DNA from: Somniosus microcephalus
Taxonomy: Eukaryota
Direction of reading: 5' to 3'
DNA: 64,000 bases
Assembly: GCA_052327205.1 (NCBI GenBank)
Contig: CM126223.1
Span: forward strand, 51,336,001-51,400,000
Part shown: piece by piece, positions 37,731 to 52,285 of the stretch
Layout of the letters: every line of letters starts with the position of its first letter
Position numbering within the stretch: the first letter of the stretch is position 1
Position numbers and translations under genes: made by a program
Notes under the pieces: generated by a model
The model's input: only the letters and a program-made list of their open reading frames with translations
Database searches by the model: none
Told to the model about the DNA's origin: nothing

Positions 37731-38899
37731 TAAATGCTTTAAGGCAGCAATGTAAAGACAGAAACCACTGGCAATGGGAAAGACAGAAATGGGGGGTGGG
37801 GTAAACACAACATCACTTGTGCAGGCAGGTAAGGGGAGGAGGCTAATGAGGATCTGAAAAGGAGCCAAGAGAGCAATTTGGGTTCATTCTCCTGGGTTCC
37901 CTACCCTACAAGGCTGCTAGAACCCACTCTTCTCCAACACTGCCAGATCACAGCAACAACCCAATACTGCAAGACACTCCAAGCCAATTCACTGAATTCC
38001 TCTTCCCAGTCCTGATTAAGCAGAACTACTCCTCCTCCCCACTTTTCCTGGTCCTAGGACCCCTCTCAATGCTCACCCAGAGATTACTCCCAGTGCTCCC
38101 TGATCCCAAGTACGTCCCAATCTTCCCAGACCCCCACCCTCGCCCCCAAACCTCACTGCTCAATTATTCCAGAACTTGCCTCAGTGTTAACCAGTTAATT
38201 CTTCTGGTTCGAGTATTTAACAAATTCTGTCCTTTTTACATACCTGTAAAAATGTCAATCAATATTCTATTTACTATTGTGCCACTAAGCATGAAGCATT
38301 TGGGCCAAAACTAGAGGAATGCTATAGCAGTGGCTGCATTTACACGGTACTGTACAAAGGAAATAGATTAAAACATCCTGCAGAGAGCCGACATCTTCTT
38401 TAGTTAACCAAGACTTGATATTGCCACCTTTTTTGATCATTATGTACACAAATCTGCTTTCAAGCAACAGTTTTGGTATACCACAAGGCCATTATAATGA
38501 AGAATTACTGCATCTGCTGTATTCAGTACTTCAATTAACTGATGATGCCAGCAGCATCTGTACTGAAAAATTTAAGTTTTACATCAAGAAATGAAACTAT
38601 TGGCTTGCTCCGTATGTTTCACCATGTCCATGTTGGAAGATTTCTGTGTGCTCAGGTTAAGTCTCCTTTGTACACAAATCTTACCCCCACCACTACTTGC
38701 ACCAACTGCTGCCAAGAGGGTAGATAGGTAGGTGATCTGCTCCCAGACCTCTGCTAATGCCAGTCTAAAACCAGCCACTAGAAGGGGTTTATAAGTGGCC
38801 TGGGCAGCATTTTCACTCCCAGATCTTCCATCCCTTCAAGCAGGGCCTGGGTTCCACTCACCACCGCCCCACGACTGAGCTACTCAAGTCAAGAACTCA

Positions 38900-39345
38900 G
38901 TGTCAGCCAGTGGCTCAGTTGGTAGCCCCCTCACCCCAGAGTCAGAAGGCTGTGGGTTCAAGTCCCACTCCAGAGACCCGAAGACCAAAATCTAGGCTGA
39001 AACTCCAGTGCAGTGCGGAGGATGCCATCTTTTGGATAAAATGTTAAACCGAGGCCCTGTCTGCTCTCAGATGGACATAAAAGATCCCATGGCACTATAA
39101 TTGAAGAAGAGCGGGGGAGTTATCCCCAGTGTCCTGGTCAATATTTATCCCTCAATCAACATCACAAATAGATTATCTGGTCATTATCACATTGCTGTTT
39201 GTGGGAGCTTGCTGTGCACAAACTGGCTGCCATGTTTCCCACATTACAACAGTGACTACACTTCAAAAGTACTTCATTGGCTGTAAACCGCTTTGAATGT
39301 CCTGAAAGGCGCTATAGAAATGCAAGTTGTCTTTCTTTTCTTTTT
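38900..39345 (+). mobile_element. SacSINE1/DeuSINE-like SINE
   Basis: It has A and B boxes, the shared core and the tail. Confidence 0.9.
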
Positions 39346-40047
39346 ATAGATGAAGGACCATGGCCTAGCACACAATGCTGCAAGCCACCACGGGGGACAT
39401 AAGTTCAAGCTTTCAAGAAAGCAAGTGTATAAATTATAAAAATATTAAAGAAATGCACAGGAGTTTTCAAAAACAAAAGCAATGGTGGTTTATTAGTGCA
39501 TTAATGGGACATAAAAAATGTAAGCCTTGCTTAATTAACAATGGCTCTGAACTGAGGACTTGCTCGTACAGCACAAGTTCCATTTAAAAACATTCTGCCC
39601 CCTCACTTCTTATAGCACCACCTTCGAAATTAAGGATTCCTCAAGGAAATCATTAAGTTGAAATTGTTAAGTGATTCATTTTATTTATTAAGTGAACACA
39701 TAACAAGCAGCCCCAAGATGTCTAGTCACAAATGAACTTGCATATTGCAACCAAGATGAATTAATCAGGGTTAATCAATATAAGCAAAAGATTACAACTA
39801 CAGACCAAATGTAAAAACTGGCACTCCAAAAAAAGTGACCACCAACAGCATCCTGCTTAAAAAGCCATTTACATTCTTTTACTTCAACCTAACAATTTCT
39901 TACTTTCAGGTGGTGAGCTCTGATGGCATTGTACTGTCTTAGAGGACACTATAACAATCCTAATTTAGATCTTTCACACTGTTGGAAGTCAATCTCTGAA
40001 CAGAAATGAAATCATTAACATAACAACACTTCAGCTGTCTGTGCTAA

Positions 40048-40218
40048 NNNNNNNNNNNNNNNNNNNNNNNNNNNNNNNNNNNNNNNNNNNNNNNNNNNNN
40101 NNNNNNNNNNNNNNNNNNNNNNNNNNNNNNNNNNNNNNNNNNNNNNNNNNNNNNNNNNNNNNNNNNNNNNNNNNNNNNNNNNNNNNNNNNNNNNNNNNNN
40201 NNNNNNNNNNNNNNNNNN
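40048..40218. other. Assembly gap (171 N)
   Basis: This is a run of n characters inside intron 2. Confidence 1.
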
Positions 40219-41980
40219 TAAAAAGGAGATGCAGAGTGTATCTAAAGCTTTCAAAAAGAGATGCTCTCTTGGAGATTCTACACAGGCCTGGGGAAAATGC
40301 ATCAAATGATGTAGTACTTTGTAGTAGACTTTGAAGATCCCAGGTTTAATGCTATGGAGTAGATCTTAACCAGGGCAGTGGTGGAGGCTTTATAGTCAGC
40401 ATGCATTTCAAGCACAGACAGTTAGGGAAGAGTTCCTGGATCAGATCTCTAACCTACCAGGAATTGCTTATAAAATGATTAACACATTAAAAAGTTTTGA
40501 AACACAGTTAAGGAGGTAGAAATAAGAGAACTTGGCAAGATCCATGCTGCCTGCAGGTGGTAACACAGAGTTGTAACAGGAATTAATCTATACTTTGTAA
40601 CAGCTTAACCTACTAGTAGGGAACTGGAGGGAAAAGGACTGCAAATTCTAAACACAAAAGCAGAAAAATACATCAGTCATTCAGCATCTGTAAAGAGAAA
40701 TAAAAGAGACATTTTGGGCGTCTACCAGTCATCAGAACCCCTGATGAAAGGTACACACCCAAAACACCATAAACTGTCCGCTTATAGGTGCTAACTGATT
40801 GGCTACAAATCTCCTGCATCTTCCAACCTCCCCAACCAAACCTACCCCAGTATTTTCTCTTTAGTAGAGAACCTACTTTTAGATTCAAAATTGCAAACAA
40901 TTGGATACCCAAATCCTATTCTGTAAATGCCAGCTACTATCAGGGAAAGAAGCAACAGATTTTACTTGAAGTATGGTCATTAGGGAATGTTGCTGAAGTT
41001 CAGTATGGAGATATAAGGACAATGGACCAACAAGACCCCCTAGTAAAGAAATGCTAACATCTCTAGTACTCTTTCTGCACAACATTATTCCAGTAAATCA
41101 GATGTTCAGAATACTAAACAATTAACCAAGCCTATTTGAATTTGAACAACAGGTAGTTTGATTGATTCCATTAGACAAGGAAATTAACACATCTCAGTAA
41201 TGCACAATCTCACTGAAAAATATGGAGTGAACCTTAGCACTCCAAGGTCTGTGACTTCATGCCCTTTCCTTGTGTTTTGTTCAGCTATAGTCTACTGTGA
41301 TAAAATGTCAAGCTGATCAGTGTTTTTCTCCCCCAAAATCAGTCTTTTTGCCAAGCTGGTTACTTTGCGAGCTAATGATGATTACATGTGTGTTTATATA
41401 AAGTATCAATAAGCAAATCAATGAATTAACTAATAAGGAAAGTAGCTATAATCTCAGTGAACCTTAGCATTCTGACTCGGTCAGAAGGTGCAGGATTCAA
41501 ACCCTACTCCAGATAGTCCCAGCAAGCAGAGACCAGTGCTCCAGCTCTGAATTCTGGGTCAACATCCAGCAGAATATGCTCATCCGGTAGATGTGGGTGC
41601 CTGCACCCCCCCCCCCCCCCCACATACAAGTTATGAGGGCAAAGAAAACCCTCTCGTCATATATGACTAACCACCCTAGCATCATATGTAACTAACCACC
41701 CTATCGGCTGATATAAAAGCTTACAGCCATCAGTCGCAGCCTGCCAGACTGTTAATCAGTCTACGAATCCTTCCTCTACTTCACACTCGTCCCTTAGAAG
41801 ATACAAAATATTTCTTGCTCACAGACCACTGCTATGGAGTTAAAGCTACTAGACAGCCATTTCCTTCCATACACTGAACACCACAAAAACTAGAAACATA
41901 TTAACCTCATCTCTGCATGGAGTAATGGGACTAGTTTTGTTCCAATAGATAATGTGGCTCACTAGTGAAAATAGTTCTGA

Positions 41981-42325
41981 CAACTTGCATTTAAACAGCA
42001 CCTTTAGCATAGAAATAAATCAAGGTGTAATATATAAAAAACCAAAAGGCAGCAATATTAGGCAGGATAACCAAAAGCAGTGGGTTTTAAGAAGGGCCTT
42101 AAAAGAGCACGACACCTAATTGACAAGTCACAGCCACCAATGATGGGGGAGGGAGTGAGAATGCATGCAAGGCCAGAGGAATGCAGAGTTCAAATGCGAT
42201 TTTGGGGTTGGGGGGGGGGGGGGGGGGGGCGCGCGCAGGCTGGAGGGGGTTACAGAGATTGAGAGGGGTCAAGGCTATGAAAGGATTTAAACAGGAGTAC
42301 AAGAATTTTAAAATTTGAGGCATTG
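41981..42325 (-). mobile_element. L2-type LINE 3' fragment, degraded
   Basis: It shows reverse-complement similarity to 28341-28648 (CAACTTGCATTTAAA..., CAGCCACCAATGATGG, GGCCAGAGGAATGCAGAG) and encodes FKILxLLFKSFH on the minus strand. Confidence 0.6.
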
Positions 42326-42822
42326 AGTACTGAGAGTCAAGGCAGGTGCTTTAAGTCTACTTGCCAAATTATTTGGTTACTTTCAAGCGAGTCCTTTAGG
42401 AAAGGGGAAATAAGCTTCACTATTTTGAGAGACAGAGAAAATAAATTCTGCACGTTTATCCTGTTACAGTCCCCACCACTTAAACCATCCCCGTGTATCC
42501 TGGGCAGCCACCTTTATCGGGCAAATGTCACTGACAATTCGCCATAGGCGTCGTCAATAGTTTGAAAACAAAAAAAGGCAGCAAGTAGCTTTCGTTTCTG
42601 CCCCAGCCCCACCTTGCCCACCCGCCCCTCACCAATCCTTTGCTGGGATACAGCGCCAATCACTCTGTGGACCTCACCCAAGTGGCCATTATTTTATAGA
42701 TGAGCCTTCATGGAGAGTCTTGCCAGATTATTTGATCAGGGTGTTGATAGATCATAATAAACATGGTTTTTTTTTTTTTTAAATTTAAAAAGGCTGAACT
42801 TTAGATCCATTCTTTTTCTCAC

Positions 42823-43057
42823 CTTTGAGTTCATGGTGAATGAGGTCAGCAAAATTTGGCACTTCGCCCCACCAGAAAATCCAAAGCTCTCGGTGGCCCG
42901 GTATCATATCCCTTCGCCACACACAAAGTACATTAGCCTTCAAGCAGCGGCTAAAGCTGCAGAGGATGGCATCGTCTTCAGCCACCGGGATGACGAGGGG
43001 TGTCCCTACAGGACCTTGCCACGAATAACGTCGCCATTTAATTCCAGGCAGATCAGC
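42823..43057 (-). CDS. MED13: MED13/MED13L-like, coding exon 2 (235 bp)
   Basis: Boundaries are ttttccccctag|GCTGAT and CTCAAAG|gtgag. It translates [78 protein letters not shown] (Med13 N-terminal domain), phase 0 to phase 1. Confidence 0.96.
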
Positions 43058-43567
43058 CTAGGGGGAAAAACAGAAAAACAAAAAGGTTAATCTACTATTA
43101 AAGAATCAACTGCCCAGAGCCGTTTGGGTTGTAATAGGAAACAAATGGATAATCCAGTGTAAAGAGGTTTTCAAAATTTCAGCACATTTGATTAGCAGCC
43201 AGGAGGCCACAAGTTCAAGTCCCAGGACTGCCAGTCGTGCAAACCACTTAAGACAAGTTTCAGCAATTCTCAGCCAGGTCACCATCTCCAGGGCAGAAAA
43301 ACATCATTTGTAATTTTTGACTTATATCCATTAAACTACCACAGAATACATCAAGCACAGCTACAGGAACAATCAGTGATCCAGGACACCATACCTTACC
43401 CAACTGAAATGGGCTCCATGGGAAGAGAATACAAAAATGTTAGAGTACAACACAGGATCAAAGATTGCAAGATATCCAAACTGGAAATCCATATATAAAA
43501 AATTCAAAAACATCCAGGTACTCAACTATTGTTATTCAATTTCTTCCATCACAGTTGATTTTATTTT

Positions 43568-44036
43568 GTGTCAGCCAGTGGCTCAGTTGGTAGCATCCTC
43601 GCTTGAGTCGGAAGGTTGTGGGTTCAAGTCCCACTCCAGAGGATTGAGCACAAAAATCTAGGCTGACACTCCAGTGCAGTGCTGAGGGAGTGCTGCACTG
43701 TTGGAGGTGCCGTCTTTCGAATGAGACGTTAAACCGAGACCCCGTCTGCTCTCTCAGGTGGACGTAAAAGATCCCGTGGTACTATTTCGAAGAAGAGCAG
43801 GGGAGTTATCCCCGGTGTCCTGGTCAATATTTATTCCTCAACCAACATCACACACAGATTATTTGGTCATTATCGCACTGCTGTTTGTGGGAGCTTGCTG
43901 TGCGCAAATTGGCTGCCACATTTCCTACATTACAACAGTAGTTACACTTCAAAACTATTTCATTGGCTGTAAAGCGCTTTGGGATGTCCGGTGGTCGTGA
44001 AAGGCGCTATATAAATGCAAGTCTTTCTTCCTTTTC
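43568..44036 (+). mobile_element. SacSINE1/DeuSINE-like SINE, full length
   Basis: It has the A box TGGCTCAGTTGG (43579-43590), the B box GGTTCAAGTCC (43621-43631), a complete core and the L2-like tail AAGGCGCTATATAAATGCAAGTCTTTC. Confidence 0.92.
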
Positions 44037-45941
44037 TGAAAAAGGAGCATCTCCACAATGTTGCATTATGACGTTAATGGATGGAGGGGAGGAGGAGGGA
44101 AAGTGAAAAAGAGATGGGGGAAAAAAGTTGTTCAAGTAATTCAATTAATAACAGCACACAGGAAACACTGTACTGACTTCAGTGCATAGACTCAGGGTCA
44201 TAAGGTGGTACATTCAAAAGTACAATTTGCTCCTTGCAACATTAACTAGAAGTTGTACTGTTCACAGGCTTCAGAATTAGTACTGGTTGACTCAACTGGG
44301 ACCAGCTGATTCAACAGTGGATCAGTAACAATAGTATAACACCAGTGAACACATTCCAACACCAACACATGCTTACTACATTGTACATGCTCCCACGTGC
44401 AAGAAGTTCCTTGTACATTATAATGTAATAAAACTACTTAAAAATGGATTCAGTATGTCTTTATGTACAGGCATTTAAAAGCTTTTATTGGCAACTGGTC
44501 AGTTATTCTTCCTACTGTGGCCTTAATTTTGAGCCCTGCAACATTAAATGGTTGCATACATGACAATGTTTTGGTCATAAAATTAAAAACCCAATTATGG
44601 CCCATATTTACAAGACATAAAAAGTTTCATTTGAGATTGCATACACAGTTCGCTACCAATAATTTTAGTTAAAGTAAATTAATTGCTAGAGGTTCAGTTA
44701 TATGCAAAAGCTGAATATTCCGTTTCAAAGCTCAATGACAGGCTACTCACTCTATTCAGTACCAACTACAAACCTCTCCTCTCACAAAAAAGGCCTTCGA
44801 TGCTTGGTTGACACATGGCAACAAAGCCTGAAAAGTACAGAACTTCTTTCCACCCCCCAAATTTCATAGTATTGAAAAATTTCCCACAGTGAGTTTTTAA
44901 ATAGTCAAAATATCCCTCAGGATTCCTAGAGAGTGGCCAGTACCTGTGGAATTGTATCCTCGTAAGGGAATCAATACTTTTAGGGGGGAGTTGAAGAAAA
45001 ACAGTTGAAAGAAATTATCCCATGTTACAACTTCAAGAGGCTTACTCCTGCTAAACTTTAAAAAGAGAAAAATCCACTAAGTACTCTGGACCAGTCTCCT
45101 TGCCGAAGTAATACTTTTACTACAGATATTTATGGCACAGCAGGTTTAATACTAACTTTTCTAACTGCTTTGGAATGCATTTGTACAGCCAGAAAAACTG
45201 CAGAGAACTCAATGTCAGTGTACAACTACACTGGTATGCTGGGATGATGTTCAACTACAGGGTGCTGCGCCAGACTATATTATGAATGACTTTACACTCT
45301 GGTCGAAATCCAGCAGTATATAAATATAGACGGTTAGGTACGCTTTCTTCTATGCAAGGGCTTCAGATAAAGTTTGAAAACAGGAAGTCACTGCTAAAAT
45401 GTTATGTTGTTTTGCAAGTCAACACATTAAAGACTACAATATCTTAGTCACAGTTTCCCGTTTGAAGGCTGCTTACTCATAAAAGAACTCAGCTAGTTAT
45501 TTGTTTTTTGTATTAGGAGCAGAAATCTACACAAATTTCTGAAGTAGACTGAATGTTTTCTCAACCACCACAAATTTGAAAAGAATACTGAAAACAAACT
45601 GTTTCAACGCCTGGTAACTCCTAATAAAAAGATGATCGCAGAGGGTTCAGATAAAGATGCAGAATCTTTTTTTAAAATAAATTGCCCCACTAGAAAACCA
45701 TTTAGTAGAGCTTGTTAACATCACACTCAGTTACAGGCAGTGTGGCAAATGCATGGTCACTTTCCCTTCTCACCCATCTACTAACCATACGGATTAAACA
45801 TGACTGTATTGGCCCACAAGTACACATTCACTTATATCAAATTCTGCACTTACATGGAGAGTGGCCATGCAAAAATATCTGATCTCTAGACAAGTGTAGA
45901 ATAGACAAGACAACCGCCAATTCTTTTTTTTTTTTTTTTAT

Positions 45942-46403
45942 AAACTTGTGTATTTATATAGCAGCTTTCACGACATCCCAAAGCACTTCACAGCCAATGA
46001 AGTATTTTTGGAGTGTAGTCACTGTGGTAAGTAGGGGAACATGTTTAATTTGCACACCAGGTCCCCAAACAGCAATGCAATAAAAGACCAGATAATCTGT
46101 TTTAGTGATGTTGGTTGCGGGATAAATGCACTATGTACGAGAGATAAATGTATTACATTTAAAAAACTGAACAACTGTTCATACTCCCCTGCTCTGCAAA
46201 TAGTGCCATGGGATCTTTTACGTCCACTCGAGAGGATAGATGGGGCATTGGTTTACTGTCTCATCCAACAGTGCAACACTCCCTCAGAACTGCACTGTAG
46301 TATGAGCCAAGGTTATGCGCTCAAGTCTCTGGAGTGGAGGTCTTGAACCCAGGACCTTCTGACTCAGGAGGCAAGAGTGCTACTGACTGAGCCAAGGCTG
46401 ACA
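45942..46403 (-). mobile_element. SacSINE1/DeuSINE-like SINE
   Basis: It is a reverse complement of the 43568 family (AAATAGTGCCATGGGATCTTTTACGTCCAC; CTGAGCCAAGGCTGACA). Confidence 0.88.
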
Positions 46404-49400
46404 TCTACATTAAAACTATGCCCATTGTTCAAGCATAGAACTGGTTAGGACTATTAAAAAAAATTTAAAAGTAGATTTTAGTACCCTCAATCCTATTGGA
46501 TGGGGATACAGCCATCAACACATCATAAAAACCGACACTCGGAACAAGTTCAATCATCACCAGCTAATAAAGCACACACCCTCAAATTCCAAAAAAAATA
46601 AATTTCATGGAAATATATTCAAGTTTCTTTTTTTTTTTTAAAAAGCACGGTTTTTAAACTTTGTTCGCAAACAGGGCTTCTCCGTTCATTTCACATAGTA
46701 ACGCACGCAATGAATGTCCTGGCATGACTTTGGGCGGCAATCCCCTTGAGCACATCTGCAACACAATACAGATCTCAACATCCATCATCTCATAGGCGAA
46801 TCAGACTAATGTGTGTGTGTAGGATTATTTCACACCCAAACCCAGCTCAGACTACAAACATCAAACCTCACATTGTAAAGCAAATTCACAGAAGGTGCTC
46901 CTGTCTCCCACTTCCCACCCCCACCAGCTGCCACCCCAGCATATCTGCTCTCAATCAATGTTACATGAAAAGCAGCAGTTCACAGAGAAGCCCTGTTCAA
47001 AAGACCACCTTAGACCCAAATTTTATCTAGGTATTGGGGACCTCCAACAAATTGAAGTACAAGGCATTAGTCAGCTCTCAGTCCCCTTACTTCAACTGAA
47101 AATATACTAACATTTATCATAACTATTGCACACCGACAATATAGACAAAACATTTGGACCACACACAAATCATTCGAAAACAGTGATGAGAATTCCACTA
47201 CAAAACTAAAATGATGGAAATCACCATTAAAAAAGGAACTACAGAACCAATTAATGTAGTTTAGCCTGAAAACTAGCAGGCAAGTACAAGTTTGCCACAA
47301 ACTTGGATTTCCTCCCAGAAGCTTACTCACATGGGTTGTGTGTCATGTGGTTCGAACATGTAAAGGCTTCCATGATGTTCTAACTACGTAAAAGCAATTT
47401 AAATTGAAACAGAAACAGTACCTTCAAGAAATTCTGTCTGCATCAATAGGTCTGGAATTCATCATTCATCTAGATACAGAAAAAAAGCTGACAAACCCAT
47501 CTGCAGTGAGTTTTATCTTCAGGTGTTGCATTTATACAGTACCCGCTTGTCTGTACAAACTTATTCTCCCTTCATGGATATGTGACTTCAAACACTCTCC
47601 CATCACCATGATCTGGCTACAGTAAGTCTCAAGAACAGCCACCTGCCTCATGCACAATCTATTCTCCAACAGACACCGCATTAACTCAATCACTGTGGCC
47701 CGTCTCAACATCCCAACAGCTGCTGCTCTCACTGTTCCTGAAATAATCATTTCACACAAACTTAACATTTGGATACCATAGCAAGTGGCCCCATAACGCT
47801 CTATGCCACCGAGTGGTGGGGCTGTTCAATGCCTGCAATTCCTCAAGGCGCAGGTTCCTGATCTCAGCCACTTATTAAAATCAGCACTCTACTGGGAGGC
47901 AAAAGAAACAAAAATACAAGAATTGTACCATGCCACACTTATTTCCTAACATCCACCTTATTAAACCGACAATTCTCAAAAGGCATCGATGTGGGTCACC
48001 TACCTGCTTCTTTGGCCAGTATGGTAAAATAGGGAATAAGATTTTTTTTTATGGCCGGGGGGGAATAAGGGAGGGAAGAGAAACTTCTAAACTTATGCAA
48101 ACCCCTGTGAAATTCTGTAAGATTTAAATTTCTTGTTTAAGAATATGAAGTTATTCAATTTAGATTTGTAATATATTGAATTATTAATCTTGCTGTAGTA
48201 ATTTATACTGGAAGTTAGCAAATACAGTAATGGTTCTACAGGATATTACATTGTTCTAATATGAAGCATGGCCAAAACCTGTATAGTTTTTTTTAATAAC
48301 TGCAATACTTTTTAGGCCAGTTATTTTAATACAAAACTTTTTCAAGCTATTACAGAAATAATGAAACAAACAGACAACAGGGAAACATAGTAGCAAGTCC
48401 TTTCAGGAATATACAAAACACTAATTTAAACAACATTTTTTTTTTTTTTTTTTAAATAACATTTGAATCCAAACAATAATTAGCTAATCCAAATTGAAGC
48501 TTCAAACTACAGGTTAACAGAAACATCTCATGTCCAAACCTTCATCCCTTTTTAAAAACCCACCTAGTCGACAAAGCTTTTGGCCACCCTGTCTAATATC
48601 TCCTCCTTTGGTTCAGCTGATCACACACCTCTGCAGCACTTAGGGATGTTTTCAATGTTAAAGGTGCTGTATAAATGCAAGTGGTTTGTGTATAAGAGGA
48701 CAATACACAAACTTGTAAATTTTACCCTCCCAAATAAACTGGTCTTTTGCTGTATTTGTTCATTTTTTTAAAAATTTGCATGAAGAGGGAAAGGAAGTAT
48801 TTTCAGTGCAGAGTATTTCCCACCCCCCCCCCCCCACATTAGGTCAAAAAAGAGAAGTTCCAAAACTTTCAAGTGGTAAGGAAAGTCCTTACTTTAAAAT
48901 TGATAACTAGCACCCTCTCCACAGACATGAACAGCTGATCCTTTAGGTCATGCGAGTACTGCAAGCATTCCAGTGGAACTGGGGACAAAGACAAGTGAAA
49001 GATACGAATAGGTGTTATGGCTGCCTTTGGGGAAATAACTTGCATCGCCACTGAAACAGCAGCACTTCACTCTGGCATGAAGAATCCCATCCCACCCCAT
49101 TCAAATAGTGTTACTCAGCCAGTCCCGCAGGGAAGCACAGGGCACAGATTAAACCAACTAGTGGAGAAAGAGAGGCTAAGTTTTATTTTGTGCAAGACCA
49201 AGATTTATTTGGGCAGTGAAGGAAAGGAAGAGAGAATATGCAAGAGACATGAAACGCTCAGAAAATACAACCCCTGTCCCAGTAATGTTCACCTTTACTG
49301 GTGCCAATTCATGTCATTTAGCCCAAATTCCAACATGTAATCTCTGCATTCTACAACTGTTAGCAGAGATTGCCCCATCATTACTTTGTCTTTTTTTAAA

Positions 49401-49919
49401 ATCTCAAACGCATAGCATTGTAGCCACATTAAAAGAAAGGAAATCATGTTAATTCTTGAGATTATGCACCATCCATTGCTGTGCTTGTAGAGATATTTGT
49501 ATCTTGATTCAGAGAGAACCAGTTAACTTCTAAAGCCAGCCAAAATACCTTGCATCCCTCAAACTAACTTTGCTGCTGCAATAATTCCATTAGAAGCACT
49601 CATTAAGTTCCTTACTATTATTAAAATATACACACCGTCTGCTGCACATTGTATCCTCTGCACTCAAATTTGCAGCCAGCTCACCTCAAAACTATTCCTC
49701 TGCACATTGATGTCACAGGACTATGGATCACCATGGGACTCAGCCACATTTAAATGATCTGAATAGCTCTCATGATGGCTCAATGTGCAAATCTACTTAT
49801 GACATGGTGCATCATAAGTTGCCCTTACATTACAGGAGTACAAAACAGGATACATCTGCCTCTGTTGGATGCACTCCATAGTGTAAACACCACAGGTTAA
49901 AGAAATGCCAAATTTAGGA

Positions 49920-50313
49920 GTCAACCATGGGTGAGTTGGTAGCACTCTCGCCTCTGAATCAGAAGGTCGGGGTCAAGTCCCACTCCAGTGAGCACATAAT
50001 CTAGGCTGACACTCCAGTGCAATGCTGAGGGAGTGCTGCATTGTCAGAGGTGTTGTCTTTCACACAACTGAGGCCCTGTCTGCCTGTTCGGGTGGATGCA
50101 AAATCTCCCATGGCACTATTTGAAGATAAAGGGAGGGCTCCGGTGTTCTAATCAACACCAGCACAAACAGGTCAACTGGTCATTCATCTCAATGCCATTT
50201 ATGAGACCTTGCTGCCGCATTTAACTACAAAACAGTGACTACACTTCAAAAGTAATTCATTGACTGTAGTGCTTTTGGGATGTATAGTGTTGTGGAACAT
50301 GCAAGTTCTTTCT
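49920..50313 (+). mobile_element. SacSINE1/DeuSINE-like SINE
   Basis: It is colinear with the 43568 copy, with internal deletions. Confidence 0.85.
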
Positions 50314-50489
50314 CATGAGAAGGCCACCAGTTTCAGTAATGTTAAACACAGAGCCAGTCCTCCCATTCTTTGGGTCTCCATAGTAACAACTGAGCCCAGA
50401 ACATCGCAAGACCAGTTCCGACACAGGTGGTGAAATCATGAATGTGTCTCAAAACAGGATGTAATGTTCAAATTCAAAGAGAAAGCACC

Positions 50490-50810
50490 TGCATACAGGC
50501 TAGGTTAGATCCCTGCTCTGTGCCAAGTGAGCTAATCTCAGCCACTGCAGCAATAGAGGTATTACAATTGGTCTTGGTGCCTCCAAGTGGAAAAAACAAA
50601 ACAGGGTTCCCATTACACAACACTAACCAGCAACCATATGGAAAGTGCATGTGTTGACACGAGGTGGGCGAGGACAGAATCGGGCTTGGCTATGATGCTC
50701 CCAGTATCAAACAGTTTATCAATAGTCACTGCCTAAGCTCATAGCGTACAGGAGCTGCAAACAACTGCATACCCAAGCCCCAGCAAATGGCACCAAATTC
50801 AAAGAGAGTT
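50490..50810 (+). mobile_element. Older unclassified SINE family copy
   Basis: The sequence GATCCCTGCTCTGTGCC...GCTAATCTCAGCC...ACAATTGG...GGAAAGTGCATGTG...GGGCTTGGCTATGATG follows the family layout. Confidence 0.55.
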
Positions 50811-51398
50811 TTTTTTTGGGGGGGGGGGGGGGGGGTGGGGGGGAAATGGGAGTTTAATCAAAGTACATTACACTAAGTTTCCCCAATGGGCCAGCAAGTA
50901 ACAGCCATATGAATCAAGATCTTTCTAATGAGGGGGCATAATTGGCCTCGGCATCCAAGGCCTGGGGGGGCAGGGAAGGCAATAACAAGGATTCTCATTC
51001 TGGATTGCTAAACAATAACCCTGAAGCATACACAAGCACATCGGCAGAGAATAGGATTAGATAGAGGCCAGGCCTTAAGATCAAGGATAATAACCATACA
51101 CAGTAAATCCCAAAGACAGAATGGCAGGTCTGAAAAGACAGGCATCAGTTTATTTTGTTCCAAATTCTGTATGCGCACTCTATCATTGTTTTGTTAACGG
51201 AAAAGAAAGTCGAAGGGGAGCACTATTTTTCCAAGTAACTCAACCCACTTTATACTGAATTCCCCCCCCCCCCAATTCAATTTCTTTTTAAACCAGAACA
51301 GAGACCTGCCTGGTTAGATCTTCTCACTACTGGGCAGCAGTCCCATGGATCCCAGAGTGGCTCCACTGAAACCAAGAGGAGGAGGCAGGGGAGGAGGA

Positions 51399-51430
<32 letters not shown>

Positions 51431-51944
51431 AGAAAGAAAGAGAAGGGGTCGCCCACAACCTCGGACTAGCCAGAGAGCCAATGCAGTGCTGCCAACCCCA
51501 GGAACCCAAGCCACTGGCTGGATATGCACCCAGTTAGTAGCTAGGTTTTCCTGGACTTGAGTGGCTCTAGATCAGCTTCCAAGTCTGAAATCAATTGTTT
51601 TCAATGGAGTCACTCCAAGATATTTCATCAGTGACATCACAGAGCAGCCCAACCACAAGATCAGATCTGGCAAGTCTCTGGTCAGAAAGTATGTGCATCC
51701 ATGGATTTATTTATAGCAAGCTGTATTCCTCCTAAAGAATATAGCATTGTTATGCCATAGAGAAAAGCACAGCAATATCGTGAAGCATGACGTTCTTCAC
51801 AGATTTCATTCCAAAAGTGAGTCTCAAACTGATACTACTGAAAGATCAATTACTGAAAGACTACTCTTCAGTTAACAAGACAGCATACAATGTAGAACAG
51901 CCAGGTAGAATGGTGGACAAGCACTCATCTCCGCTTAAGACGCT

Positions 51945-52285
51945 GCTCCCCTAATGGCCTATTGGGCAAAGTCACCACCTCAATGTGGTGCTAAACGATA
52001 CAGATCAGAACGTTAAATTCTTGGTCTGTGTTGATATCAGCCAAGACACTGCTAAAAATTGGACTTGGTGATACTGGACTAGGAAGGGGGGGGGGGGGAA
52101 AAAGTCATGATTTGCACTCTTGATTGCCATCTATTAACCCTTCCAGGAAATTCTACGAGTGTTAAGATAGGGTTGGGCTTGGCTGTGATGTCCCCCCCCA
52201 GACTGCCAGCCTTCACCGTCTACATGTAGGTGAAGAATGGATACTTGGGTGAAATAACAAAAGGGTACCAGCATCCAAGAGTTGT
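51945..52285 (+). mobile_element. Older unclassified SINE family copy
   Basis: The sequence CCCCTAATGGCCTATTGGG...GGTCTGTGTTGATATCAGCC...GGGCTTGGCTGTGATG...GAAGAATGG follows the family layout. Confidence 0.55.

Noticed and set aside
40015-40334. ORFs spanning the N gap
   Set aside because: They are artefacts of translating Ns.
42785-42985. ORF-track 66-aa ORF as a standalone gene
   Set aside because: It is part of exon 2 read through into the intron. The true exon is 42823-43057.
43568-43640. tRNA gene (also at 18174, 20750, 38900, 49920)
   Set aside because: The A and B boxes belong to SINE heads that run on into the SINE core and tail. No complete cloverleaf is present.
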